Shown here in pieces: positions 25,386 through 38,473 of a stretch of 64,000 nucleotides of DNA. This DNA is from Eledone cirrhosa (taxonomy: Eukaryota). The stretch lies in assembly GCA_964016885.1 (NCBI GenBank), contig OZ024741.1, positions 30,070,001-30,134,000 on the forward strand, written 5' to 3'. Position numbers and translations under genes: made by a program. The notes beneath the pieces were generated by a model. That model ran no database searches and was not told the DNA's origin. It saw only the letters and a list, made by a program, of their open reading frames with translations. Every line of letters starts with the position of its first letter. Position 1 is the stretch's first letter.

Positions 25386-25427
25386 CGATGTAATTAGTTT
25401 CAAGCTTCTTAGCTATCATCAGCACCG
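25386..25427 (-). ncRNA. Type-I hammerhead (inverted copy, stem III mutated)
   Basis: CGGTG-CTGATGA-tAGCT-aaga-AGCTt-GAAA-CTAAT-TA-CATCG. Confidence 0.7.
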
Positions 25428-25574
25428 TATACCCTTCTGCCTACTCCAACTTATCGTTTTCGGTGCGCCTGGCAGACTGAACTCACTCGATATGCAAATT
25501 AGGCTGCTCAGCCGTTAATTTTTATAAGGAAAGTATATACTTTCGAACGTTCAACCATCTGGCAGAAGGGTATA

Positions 25575-25615
25575 CGGTGCTGATGATAGCTAAGAAGCTT
25601 GAAACTAGTACATCG
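25575..25615 (+). ncRNA. Type-I hammerhead ribozyme, canonical core
   Basis: CGGTG-CTGATGA-tAGCT-aaga-AGCTt-GAAA-CTAG-TA-CATCG. Confidence 0.85.
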
Positions 25616-25769
25616 TTCCTGTGTAAGTGTTGAACAAAAAGGTGACGTGGTTGCCTTAACACCGTACGGCATAAATCAGGCTGTCCGTTTGTTTACAAAC
25701 GGACAGAGCGGGCGTTATAATAAAAGTCCGTTAAACTGATATGTACATATATATATGTGTACCTGTATG

Positions 25770-25879
<110 letters not shown>

Positions 25880-26115
25880 TGCTACTGTACGTCTGTATAC
25901 ATATATGTATGTACGTATACATACTTACTTACATTTAAGTAAGTGCCGTACTAAGAGTGAGAAATGAAATTTTGTTTCATCCTATTCCAACTTATCCTTT
26001 TCAGTGCGCCTGGCCGACTGAACTCACTCGATATGCAAATTAGGCTGCTCAGCCGTTCATTTTCATAAGGAAAGTATATACTTTCGAACGTTCAACCATC
26101 TGGCAGAAGGGTATA

Positions 26116-26156
26116 CGGTGCTGATTATAGCTAAGAAGCTTGAAACTAGTTCATCA
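26116..26156 (+). ncRNA. Type-I hammerhead (G8U mutant copy)
   Basis: CGGTG-CTGATTA-tAGCT-aaga-AGCTt-GAAA-CTAG-TT-CATCA. Confidence 0.65.
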
Positions 26157-26308
26157 TTCCTGTGTCAGTGTTGAACAAAAAGGTGACGTGGTTGCCTTAA
26201 CAGCGTACGGCATAAATCAGGCTGCCCGTTTCTTTACAAACGGACAAAGCGGGTGTTATAATAAACGTCCGTTAAACTGATACGTACATATATATATATG
26301 TGTACCTG

Positions 26309-26378
<70 letters not shown>

Positions 26379-26514
26379 TGCTACTGTACGTCTGTATACA
26401 TATATGTATGTACGTATACATACATACTTACATTTAAGTAAGTGCCGTACTAAGAGTGAGAAATGAAATTTCGTTTCATCCTATTCCATATATATATATA
26501 CATATATATATATA

Positions 26515-26765
26515 TCTGGACAATTATTAAATATATCAATACATAAATAAATGCCTTTGTTAATTAATAAATAAATCAACTAATACCTTAAAACTTCACA
26601 CAAAGTAAAATATTTCGTTTCAATCATTTTCTAACCCAGATAAAAGAGGGAGAGAATTAAAAAAGGAAACAAAAAAAATTTTTTTTCTTCCTAATAATCG
26701 TCATTTTCTCCGTTTTCATATATATATATCCTAACTCGTGTGCCTCCTCTCCACATTTCATTATT
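26515..26765 (+). repeat. Inverted copy of the Neptune-type PLE terminus (27321-27568)
   Basis: Reverse complement of 27321-27568, separated from it by a 555-nt (TA)n tract. Confidence 0.85.
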
Positions 26766-26870
26766 ATATATATATGTATATATATATGCATATATATATG
26801 TATATATATATATATATGTATATATATGTATATATATATGTATATATATATATGTATATATATATATATC

Positions 26871-26922
<52 letters not shown>

Positions 26923-26961
26923 CATATATATATACATATATATATATATACATATATACAC

Positions 26962-27052
<91 letters not shown>

Positions 27053-27059
27053 TATATAC

Positions 27060-27090
<31 letters not shown>

Positions 27091-27190
27091 CATATATATA
27101 TATACATATATATATACATATATATATATACACATATATATACATATATATATATATATACATATATATATACATATATATATACACATA

Positions 27191-27222
<32 letters not shown>

Positions 27223-27320
27223 CATATATATATATATACATATATATATATACATATATATATATACATATATATATATACATATATATATACACATATA
27301 TATATACATATATATATATA
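26766..27320. repeat. (TA)n compound microsatellite
   Basis: Seen directly. Confidence 0.97.
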
Positions 27321-30300
27321 TAATAAAATGTGGAGAGGAAGCTCACGAGTTAGAATATATATATATATATATGTGAAAACAGGGAGAAAAAGACGATTAT
27401 TAGGAAGAAAAAAAATGTTTTTTTCCTTTTTTATTTCTCTCCCTCTTTGTTCTGGGTTAGAAAATGATTGAAACGAAATATTTCACTTTGTGTGAAGTTT
27501 TAAGTTATTAGTTGATTTATTTATTAATTAACAATGGCATATATTTATTGATATATTTAATAATTGTCTATTACCGTTTTCAGCATTTTTATGCATTATC
27601 AAATAACAGTAATATGTATTGGTGTAGAATGGTGGTGTTGGACATGTTAAAGAAATGGTGCAGAAAGAATAATGTTATTTACAAACAAGGTTTATGCAGT
27701 GAAAAGAAAAAGGAAAAAGGAAAAAAGGAGCGTAATGTGGAGCATAATATATCAATGTGATAGAAAAAATAATGTTATTTACAGGCATAGTTCTTGAAGA
27801 TAAGCAGATCAAAATGTGTTAATATAGCAAGAGTGCTTAGTTGATCCATGATGGAGGCACGGTGGACTGGAGTTTGATATGATTTCCCTTTTTAGAGAGT
27901 TAATATGTAGGGGGAGGTAATTTATGCTGGATGATATTTAATTTATTTAAGAAAAAAATATTAGGTAGGGTGTAAGGGAGCTAACTCTTTAGAGAGACCT
28001 AGGTATTTGTAAATGTTTGATTGTTCGTTCCAGTTTTAGTTTAGTCCGAAGTTTAGTGCACTATGTAGAGGTTGGAATTTGTTAATGAAATACGTTTCTC
28101 TCTTGGTACGATGGATGAAAGTAGCGTTGTCTATGAATTTGTAAATGGGGAAAATTTTAAAGTGTGGATGTTGGTTGGGTTCACAATTGGCGATATGTTC
28201 ACTAAATGCAATCTTTCTGTATTCCTGTATTTTGATTTGTGATTTGTGGACGGTCATACGTTGTCGGAGGCTGTTTTTTGTCTGTCCTATGTAGAGTTCT
28301 TGACAACCTGAGCAGGTCAAAACATAGATTAGGTTTTCAGATGCACATATAAAGATGTGTTTCACTGTGAAATGTTGTCCTTGTTTAAAATGGAATGTTG
28401 AACCTTCTATTAGATTTATGCATATCTCAGAGTTGGGCCTTCCGCATTTTGTTACTGTAGGGTTCATTGTGAGGGTTTGTTGGTGTTTGGCTTGTGTGAG
28501 GATGTTTTTTATGGATTTAGGTTGTCTTTTGCTCTTTATGATGTTGTGTGTTTGGAGGATTTTGTTCATTCTTGGGTCTCTTTAAGAATGTTCTGGAGGA
28601 TGGTGTCGAATGCCTCATTGTTGAGGGGGTGGTGTGTGGAGATGTATGGTAGAGTTTTCTGTTGCGGTTCATTCCTGGGTTTGGGGTGTCTGAGTTCCTG
28701 GATGTCGAGTTTTAGGGCACGTTGGAATCCATTGTTTATTAGGGATGGTGGGTAGTTTCTGCTGATAAGTGTGGTTTTTTTTAATCTTCTAGTTGTGTAA
28801 CATGTGTATTTATCTGAAACTATTGTGCAGATCCTTCTAGCTAGGTTATAAGTACTTGCCATTTTAGTGTGTCTAGGGTGGCACGAGTTGAATGGAAGGA
28901 ATTGTTTGGAGTCTGTGGGTTTGTAGTATATGTCTGTTTCTATTTTGTTGTTTGTTTTCTTGATGAGGATGTCGAGGAAATGGAGTTGTTCATGGCTGTA
29001 ATCCATTGTGAATTGTAAGTTTGTGTTGAGTCCATTCAAAAGGATTTTAAACTCAGTCTATCTATACTTTCATGCCAGATGATGAAGCAGTCGTCCAGAT
29101 ATCTCTTCCAGTTCTTTTCTATGTGTTGGTAGAAGTGATTGACGTATTTGACTAGAACTTTGCGGTAGAGAGTGGTTTCCAAATATCCCATGACAAGGTT
29201 GGCGTAGGAGGGGGCTACTTTAGTGCCCATGGCAGTCCCAGATTTCTGTTTGTAGTATTTGGCATTGCATTCGAAGAAATTGTTTTCCAAGATGAATTTG
29301 AGTCCCTCCAATACAGATTCTTTAGGGATGCGGAGTTCACTAGGGAAATTTTCCATCCAGAATTGTATTACCTCTATACCTAAGTTGTGTGGGATATTGG
29401 AATATAAATTGATGACATCAAAGGTTACTAGTAGGGTATGTTCATTATTGAGTGTTGTTGGGAGGTGGTTGAGTATGTCAAGGTCGTCCCTTATGAAGCT
29501 TTTTATATGTTTTAGGAAAGGTTTAAGCAGAATATATAGGAAGTTGTTTAGACGATGGGTTTCACATGTGGTACCTGCTATTATGGGCCTTAATTTAAGG
29601 TCATCATATTGATGTCAATTTATGTGGCTTGCTTGCAAGCCCTACCTATTACTTCGCTTTTGTGTGTCTTTGGGTTACCGTAGAAGGGGGTGGTTCTGCT
29701 TTCGAAATTGGTGATGTAGTTGTATTCCTTGTCTGTAAGGCCTTCTTAGTAAAGGGTTGTTAGGGATTTTAGGTTTCTCATTATTTTCTGTTGTGTGTAG
29801 TGTTGGGCCTTTTCATAATATGTTTGGTTTTCTAGAGTTGAGAGTACTAGAGTCGTGTAATAATCTGTCCCCTTAAGGACTACTGCACTCCTTTTATCTG
29901 CCTCTTTGATTGTTAGGGTTTTGTCGTTTTTTAGACTATTAAAACCATTCCATTCTTTTTTGCTTAGGTTTGGTTTTTGTTTATGTCTGTGTAGGTGGTA
30001 TATGGGTAATTAGTAATGTGTTCGCAGAATTGATCGAGGAATTTGTTCTTGCCTTTTGGTGTGGTGTAGTTGCTTCTATTTCTGGCTATTGAGTCATCCT
30101 CATTGTATTTGTCGTATAGTTGCTCGCTGAGTCTTAGTTTTCTACAGAATTCTGCAATATCTTCCTTCATTTCAGGGTAGTTTGGTTTTTGGGGAGTTGG
30201 TGTAAATTTTAGACCTTTGGAGAGTATGTTGATTTGGTCTGTTGTTAATTCTTTAGAGGTTAAATTAACAATTTTTATTACATTTTGTGTCTCCTGTGTG

Positions 30301-30986
30301 TTTTCGTTATCTTGTTATCTTGTGTCTGTGTGCTGTGTCTAAAAATGATTACGGAAGTTTGGATGTCTCTTATGGTTGTATTGGCCCCTGCTATTGTTGT
30401 TAGATGGTGTGTAGCTGTGGTGGTTGTTGAAGTTAGGTTGTATCGGGTGGTTGTATTGAGCCCTGCTGATTTTGTTGTAGGGTGTGTAGATTTGATGGAC
30501 GTGGTTATAGGGTGTGAAGTTGAGGTGGTTCTTGAAGTTGCGTTGTATCGTATGGTTGTACTGGGCACTGCTGCTGTTGTAGGGTGTGAAGACTTGGTAG
30601 TAGTTGTAGTAAGTTGTCTTGTGTGGTTATATTGAGGCCTGCTGTTGCTATTATATGGTGTGTAGCTATCATGGCTGTAGTGGTTTGTGTGTCTCGTGTG
30701 GTTGTATTGTCCCCCGCTGGTGTTGTAGTAGAATGTGGTTAGTGGGGGAGGGTAGATTAGGGTTTCCTTATAGTTGGTGTGTGGTTGTGAGGCCCTATGT
30801 GACATGTGCGGTAGTTGTGTATTTTGGGTTCTATGTTGGAAGTAATGATGGTTGTGGGTTTGTTGTGTGGGGATGTTAGGGGGGTTGTAAGTGTGGGGGA
30901 TTCTATGGTTTCTCCTGGTGGGAGAGAAGTTGTAGTGTTTATCTTGTAGCTGAAGTTACTCTATTACTATATTTGTTGGTTGGGAA
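27321..30986 (-). mobile_element. Penelope-like element (Neptune-type), near full length, decayed
   Basis: IVNLTS..L...LSKGLKFTPTP (30180-30275), ADKRSAVV, FYG.PKTH, FDVINLYSNIP, GTAMGTKVAPSYANL, RYLDDCF, FLDILI, YYKPTD, KCGRP..IC, IYVLTCSGC...YIGQT. Several frameshifts. Confidence 0.93.
27565..27608 (-). ncRNA. Degenerate hammerhead, U3:A8-type core
   Basis: tgttat-TTGATAA-tGCAT-aaaa-ATGCt-GAAA-ACGG-TA-atagaca. Confidence 0.55.
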
Positions 30987-31069
30987 TATATATATATATA
31001 TGTATATATACATATGTATGTATATATACATATATATATATATATACATATATATACATATATGTATAT

Positions 31070-31115
<46 letters not shown>

Positions 31116-31156
31116 TTAGATACACACATACTTACGCACAATTATACAAACATACA

Positions 31157-31158
<2 letters not shown>

Positions 31159-31240
<82 letters not shown>
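31159..31240. repeat. (GT)n microsatellite
   Basis: Seen directly. Confidence 0.97.
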
Positions 31241-31243
<3 letters not shown>

Positions 31244-32508
31244 CGTGCGTGTACGTGTGCGTGTGCGACTGCGCGTGTTTGTGTGGGATTCTATCTCTCC
31301 TCTCCGTAACCGTGGATTATTGTACTGGACACAAGAATGGCTGAGGCTTGAAGTTTTACTTTGTAATAATTCGGTCTCAGTCTCAATCTCACTGCGTTAC
31401 ATCGTGAGTAAATTTATGCGCCGCTGGGTTTCCCTAGAAATTACACCAAGAGTAACTTAAGTAAAAATAGGATGTATGTTCAAATGTAATTTGAAGGGCA
31501 ACTTTGTCACCGACTGTGTCATATTAATTCTGTCCTAGGTTTACATTAAGATATGAAATGTTTGCGGAATATTTAGTCATTTTCAATTACTAGAAATGTT
31601 TGTTATAAGGTAACTTGTGTATTCATCATCGAAACTAACGAAATATTAATTTAATTTTACTCATATTCTTCCTTAAGATTTAACATAGATATACAAATGT
31701 ATTCATACATTCATACATTCATATATTTCTAGATGTAAAAGGCTGACTGTATTCCTACTGATATTTCGTTTCACTTCCAGCGACCAATATCATCTATAAA
31801 CGTGTAGCCATAGTGTAATATCCAGAAAATATCAGGGTACACATTGTTTGACGAAACAATATTTTTGTATAAGAAATACAGTCCATTCGACTGGTTTTCA
31901 TATAGTTTCCGTCAAATTAATGTTTCTCACAGAGCTTGAAGATAACTACATATGTTAATTCCCACTGCCTCAAGATCCTGTATATGCTACGTTGTAAAGC
32001 AATTTGTGGATATAATATTCATGCTTTACTAAGATAAATCGTTTGGCTTTACGTCAGAGGTTTCTAACATAATTGTATTTCTTGTGGAAATGTTCATTGT
32101 AGATGGATATTTTCATACTGTCACTACTCAAGGTGAAAGACAATTAGTATGTTAACCACATTGTCTGTTTTTTTTTTTCATAGCAAAGGAAAATGTGGAT
32201 TTCACAAAAACAAGCCTTGATAAATTTACATCTCATTAATAGTTATCTTCTGGTTGTGTAAAGCATCTATTAATTTTTTGATTAATTCACGTTATCAATG
32301 TGATGCCAATTAGACGAATCAAGATAGTTCAGCCCTCCTCCATGTATAGCATAGATATCTGTACGCCACCATCTCTCTGTATTCAGGAATGTAACATTGA
32401 TCTCAGATAAAGACTGAGCATTAAATGAAACTAGTCAGCTCAATCTACTTTTTTTTTCGTTAGCGAGAGAAAAATATTTGGTTCAACCAAGATTTCTAAT
32501 TTTTCGAG

Positions 32509-32888
32509 TACTCCCAGGTTCCAAATAATAGAGAGGGTGGAATAAGTGGCGGGTTAAAATAAGCGGGGGAGGGGTTATGGGTAATTTTTCTAGGTTGTCT
32601 CCGTTGTTTTTTTGATAACCAGAATTAGCCGATTAGCTTACACACTGAGATCCCAACCCAACCTATTTATTTTATAACGTATGGGATTTCTAGTAATGAT
32701 CTTTTTTGTTATGTATGTTTTTTGATGTCTAAAAAAAATTATTTCTTACAGGAATACTACTGCTTAAAATAATTAGATAGATTAGCAAAATTAGTAAGTG
32801 GGTTGGTTGGAATAAGAGTGTGGAGTTGGAGAAATGTGGAAATTGATAAGCGGGGAGGGGTCGGGCGATTGTTCGAGATCCGAGAATA
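32509..32888. mobile_element. Probable old MITE (non-autonomous DNA transposon)
   Basis: Imperfect terminal inverted repeats tactcccaggttccaaataat / attgttcgagatccgagaata; repeated subterminal aataagcggggg motifs. Confidence 0.45.
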
Positions 32889-33347
32889 TGAAGTAAATGT
32901 GGGTTTGACAGAAACGAATGCTCGTGTTTACATTACTTTTCCACTCATCCACTTAATTTATATTGTGACTAATAAATACCATTTCATTAGATCTACAATG
33001 ATAAAGCATCTTGTAATCGGTGTAGGAAAGATAATAATATGATTTCCCAAAAGAATAAAACAGGGAATACTTCATCAGAGATATATGAGAGGTATGATAG
33101 ACAAAAACAAATGGTCAGTATTTACGGATGCAGTCAGTATAATGGTGTGATTTATGCACTAACAACGGGAGCTAAGGCGTGGGCTTCAAAAAGACTGACA
33201 ACCTTCAAAGACACAGACACAGACACTCACACACACGCACACACACACCTACACACGCACACACACACGCACACACACACACACACACGCACACACACAC
33301 CTACACACGCACACACATACACACACACACACACGTACACACACACA

Positions 33348-33410
<63 letters not shown>

Positions 33411-33419
33411 GTATGTATA

Positions 33420-33805
33420 GATGCGGCAAAAACACGAATGGAGGGGGGGGAAAGAAAAGTACGGTCCCTTCCTTCTCTATCTTTCTATTTCATTCTTTAT
33501 ATCTCATTCTATCTTCTGATCAAGGACTAGTGTCCGAAACATAAAGCCACCTTTCCTAATATATCAAGCGTTAAATTAACATACCTCTTCATATTTCTGA
33601 GGTGTTAGCTTTGTCTGTTTATTTTTCCATTTAATTTTTGTATATATATTTTATGCTTTATTTCTCATTCTATCTTTTGATGAAGGACTAATTTCCGAAA
33701 CTTAAAGACTCTTTTCCTAATATATAAAGCGTTAAACTAATTTACTTCATCATCATTCTGCGGTGTTGTTTGATTTGTTTGTTTGTCATTTACATTTTGT
33801 ATACA
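33420..33805 (+). mobile_element. Old tandem ~161-nt units, each with a degenerate minimal HHR (33513-33546, 33673-33708)
   Basis: ctt-CTGATCA-a-GGAC-tagt-GTCC-GAAA-CA-TA-aag and ctt-TTGATGA-a-GGA-ctaatt-TCC-GAAA-CT-TA-aag. The flanks also repeat. Confidence 0.65.
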
Positions 33806-34424
33806 TATGTATGATTATATGTATATATGTTCCTTTGTGTATCTGGCATTTATTCTTTTAAATTAGTCGAAAGCTATCTAAAAACGTTATGACTAGTGTT
33901 TATGTGAATAACACGGAATCAAATGTAAATTTAATATATTTATATAATGTCTGAGTTGGTCTGTCTGACATTTATTCTCTGAGGTGTGTATAAAACTAAT
34001 TAGAAAGGTTATGCTGCAATGACCAATGTCGATGTAAATAAAATAATTGAAAATAATGAATAATAACCATAACAAAATTTATATGTACGTTCACCTGAGA
34101 GTATATAGTATATAGATGTTTTTTTTTAAAATTATATACAAATACAAGACACGTTAAATGTATAACGACTAGAGGAATTAGGGTTAATTATTTGCTTTTT
34201 AAAGTCAGGTGATTGTGAAGTTTCAATTAACAAGTGATATCGAACCGTGAGTAGCTTCAAAAGTCAAGCTTTGTAATACCACCAAGTCACTGTCATGTCC
34301 TGTACACAACAATATAACCACAGGCATACACACAGAAGCGGTTAGGAGATTAAATATACTTACAAACCCACTCCGCACAATGTCTTTGTGTGTCACTGTT
34401 TCTCTCTCGCCCTACATCTCTATT

Positions 34425-34439
34425 GATATATATATACAG

Positions 34440-34479
<40 letters not shown>

Positions 34480-34498
34480 TACATGGGTGTATATATAT

Positions 34499-34564
<66 letters not shown>

Positions 34565-34687
34565 GTATATATATATATATATATACATGTATATATATAT
34601 ATATTTATACATGTATATATATATATATATATTTATACATGTATATATATATATATATATTTATACATGTATATATATATATATATC

Positions 34688-34731
<44 letters not shown>

Positions 34732-34758
34732 CATGTGTATATATATATATATATATAC

Positions 34759-34822
<64 letters not shown>

Positions 34823-34833
34823 ATATATATATA
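34425..34833. repeat. (TA)n microsatellite with periodic CATG interruptions
   Basis: Seen directly. Confidence 0.97.
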
Positions 34834-35267
34834 TGTGTGTGTGTCTGTGCATCTGTGCGTTTGTATGTATCAGTGTGTGTTTGAGCGTTTACGTTATTGC
34901 AAATTATATACTCTGATTCTCTCTCCCTCATTTTCCCCCTCTTTCTATCACTCTTTCAATCCCCCCTCCCCCTTTCCCCCCTCCCTCTTCCTGTACGCGT
35001 GTGTAAACTAATCAGTCGGTTACAAAACTGAAGAGATTTTTAATTCAGATTACGACCGTGTGAAGCCTAATTGAAATGGTGAAATGATTTATCGTTTTAT
35101 TAACTGACCTTTTACGTATCTTTGGGAATTCCAACATATTAATCATCTTGTAAGCCGATTTCCCGCCGTCCCTCTTCTCAGAGAACAACAGATGCAACAG
35201 ATGTCTTTAGTATGTTTTTCACGCTTTAGATCTCTGCTTCATATAACGATCTGCTTCAAACCTCCCA

Positions 35268-35885
35268 ACACATTTCTCATCACCTTTAAAACGATTCAGA
35301 GAAGTATGTTCATTTGTCGAATCAACGTGCTAGATATAGCAGTAAAATCATTCTGTTTCTTTCAAACGCTTTCAGTCTTTTGAGTTCAACTCACATGCAG
35401 GTAAACGTTACCTTTCATGTTTCTGCGGTTTGATGAATAAATTAACAGACCACATAAGGGACCGGTTAGATTGTCAGAGTGTTTGAGCCTTGAATAGATT
35501 TCCTTGCGGTATTTCTAATGTTTTTTTTTGCGTTCAGAGTTCAAATCCAAACGACAACATTTCTCATCACCTTAAAAACGATTAAGAGGAATATGTTCGT
35601 TTGTCAATCGATGTGCTAGAAATAGCAGTAAAACCGTTCTTGTTGTTTCAAATCACATCTTTTCAGTCTTTTGAGTTCAAATCACATGAAGTTCAAAGTT
35701 ACCTTTTATATTTCTAGGCTTTCATAAATAAATTAACAGACCATTTAGGGGTACCGGTGAAATAGTTATAGTATTTGAGCCTTGAATAAGTTTCCTTGCA
35801 GTATTTCTTACGGCGTTTGCGTTCAGAGTTAAAATCCGACCAGCGTCAATTTTACCAGTCTTCCTGGCCGGATTGATAAATAAAA
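35268..35885 (+). repeat. Imperfect ~290-nt tandem duplication made of decayed SINE pieces
   Basis: acatttctcatcacctt at 35270 and 35557; repeated gagttcaa..../ccttt.at....gataaataaa SINE-core remnants. Confidence 0.65.
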
Positions 35886-36191
35886 TAATCATCAAAGTTG
35901 ATCAATTGCTGGAATAGTCACACCATCTGGCGGATTAATTCAAATACCACCGCCTGTTAAGTGTGGATTTTTTTCTTACTGAGTGGATTAATGAAATGTC
36001 ACTAGTCTAGGTTTATGGACTGACGGGATCGTTATAGCATTATTTGCATACTGGTTTCAAAGCCCACAATGGCTGTAAATTTTATCTATCGTTTGGCTTA
36101 ACCCCCTCTACCTGACATGCATTTTTTAGCGGAGTCCAACATGTTGCAATCATTGGAGCTATGTGACCTCAAATACAACATAATAACAACA

Positions 36192-36237
<46 letters not shown>

Positions 36238-37246
36238 TTGTCACTCTCAGCTCCTGAAAAAAAGTACATTGTTTAATATACTCATAGATAGTTTCGTTAC
36301 CTGAAATCCTCCATAGAATCATAGTATAATAAACCTAACTTCTGTGGACTTTTATGTAACTGTATAGGCGAATGTAGGATTAACAGGCCTGGGAAACTGT
36401 TGTTACACTGAAGACAATGCATTCCGTTGCATGCGTCACGCCGGTTTCTAACATCATGAATACTAGTGTGATATTTGGTTGTGTTGAAGTGTTTGTCTCT
36501 ATCATAAATGACCAATGTCCAAGATTTCCATTCGTACATATTTATGACCTATAATTTAATCGAATATAGTTTATAGTGTTTTCATAGATATTTTTGTTCA
36601 TTTCATCTGTACTTCCCTTCTTTCATTTAGTTTTGAAACTACGGGCCAGTGATGAAATTTGGATAGAATTTCAATAACATGTCTAATCTACGAATTTAAT
36701 GTCATACGTATACTGTCATTAGCATTCACCCGGTGTGAGTTGATGCGGCTCCGATGAGTTAACCCATAGCTTCACGAAAAGAAACCGATTATGAGCAGTG
36801 AAGTTAAGCATCAACTATTAAGAGACACCCCAGTCTCAATTCCAAACTTTGTGAGCTATGATAGCTTAAATTAGATAAGAATTCAAGATCCTATTTGATC
36901 GTACTAATCCAGGTTTTCAACTACTCAACTTGTGCTTTATGACCTCTCAACAATATTTGAATCTTTATGCGGCAGGTTTCCATAATCTTTGAAGGTCGCT
37001 TATAACAATAACCCATAGGAAATTATTCTTCGTCTTACTCAGAGGAAAGTTTCAAAAATTGAGCATTCTGTATAGCAGCCTTTGGTTTAATTGTCCAATA
37101 TCAAGTTATCTCTCTTGTATGTATGTATGTATGTATGTATGTATGTATGTATGTATGTATGTATGTATGTATGTATGTATGTATGTACGTACGTACGTAC
37201 GTATGTATGTATGTATGTATGTATGTATGTATGTATGTATGTATGT

Positions 37247-37522
37247 CAGGTCACCAGTTGGTGCTACTGGTAACATGTATCCCAGTACAACCTGTCTCAT
37301 GGTCGGGTCGTTGGCGAATAAACTGGCAACCCCACCAAGGTTTCTTGGTGAGGAGGGTGACTTTGGACATCCTGCAGGACTAAAAACAAAACCTGTCAAA
37401 GGGCAAAGGAGCTCTTAAGAGTCAATGGCCATCCAAAATCACCGGGAGAGATGACCCCTTAGCCGTTGTCAAGGCAGAATTCTAGGAGAAGGAAAACTCT
37501 GATATAACACCTGCAACCCTGA
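37247..37522 (+). mobile_element. Probable RTE-type LINE 5'-UTR fragment inserted in (ATGT)n
   Basis: GC-richer island between (ATGT)n tracts. It ends in ctaggagaaggaaaactctgatataacacc, which resembles RTE 5' UTRs as recalled; not searched. Confidence 0.4.
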
Positions 37523-37919
37523 TAGTATCCAATGATGTTGACTTGTTCTTCTTTTTGGTAAATATCATCTTGGTTAAGAGAGTGGGACTGGCTTTGTGCA
37601 GTGCCTTTGCTCACTATAAAAGCTTCACGGCACAGGCATTGCCTTATATCTGGAGATCTCTCTGCACTTGTCGTAACATGGTACCATGGGCCCAGCACTA
37701 TGTGTCAATAATTGTCACAAATGTAGTGTTTGTACCAGAGTTTTCAAGTCACTGGCTGGATTAAAATCTCACACTCGTTCAGCGCATCGGTAGGGGTTCG
37801 CCTACATGGATGTAAAGTAGTGGCTGTACTCGAAAACGAGTTGGCAGCCACCAGCATGTATGTGTGTATGTATGTATGTATGTATGTGTGTATGTATGTA
37901 TGTATGTATGTATGAATGC

Positions 37920-38380
37920 ATGTTCTTCTAGTTTAATAATTTCACAAATTTTTACCAATAGAGAGAGAGTCGGTTTCTAACATAGTTACAAGACTCTCTC
38001 ATTGGAATTTACACAACATCCACTAGGTAAGTATGTATGGATGTCTGCATGCTTGCATGCGTGTGCATGTATGGATATTATTGTATGTGTGTATGTTTTG
38101 AGTTGTATATGTGCATGTGCATGCGATTTGTATCTGTACATGTGTATATGTAGTTATTAGATGCAACATTTTTTGAATGTTTTACACATTTTTATTGTTC
38201 CATTAATGGATTGTACTTGTAATTTTCTAACTAGCCGCATTATTTCTGTTCCTGTGAAGCCCAGCTACTCAAAATTTGTACTGAGGTAGTTACTAACATA
38301 TCCTAGTGCCCCAATAATCAAAGGCATAAATCTGAAGGTATTATCAGGGTGGAGTATCTGCAGATTTCTCATTAGTTCAA
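37920..38380 (-). mobile_element. 3' end of an R4/Dong-like RLE-type non-LTR retrotransposon in (TACA)n
   Basis: Minus frame 38158-38380: IELMRNLQILHPDNTFRFMPLIIGALGYVS...LVRKLQVQSINGTIKMCKTF, a restriction-like endonuclease C-terminus (P.IIGALG). Both ends lie in (ATGT)n. Confidence 0.75.
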
Positions 38381-38473
38381 TGTATGTATGTATGTATGTA
38401 TGTATGTATGTATGTATGTATGTATGTATGTATGTATGTATGTATGTATGTATGTGTGTATGAATGTATGTAT

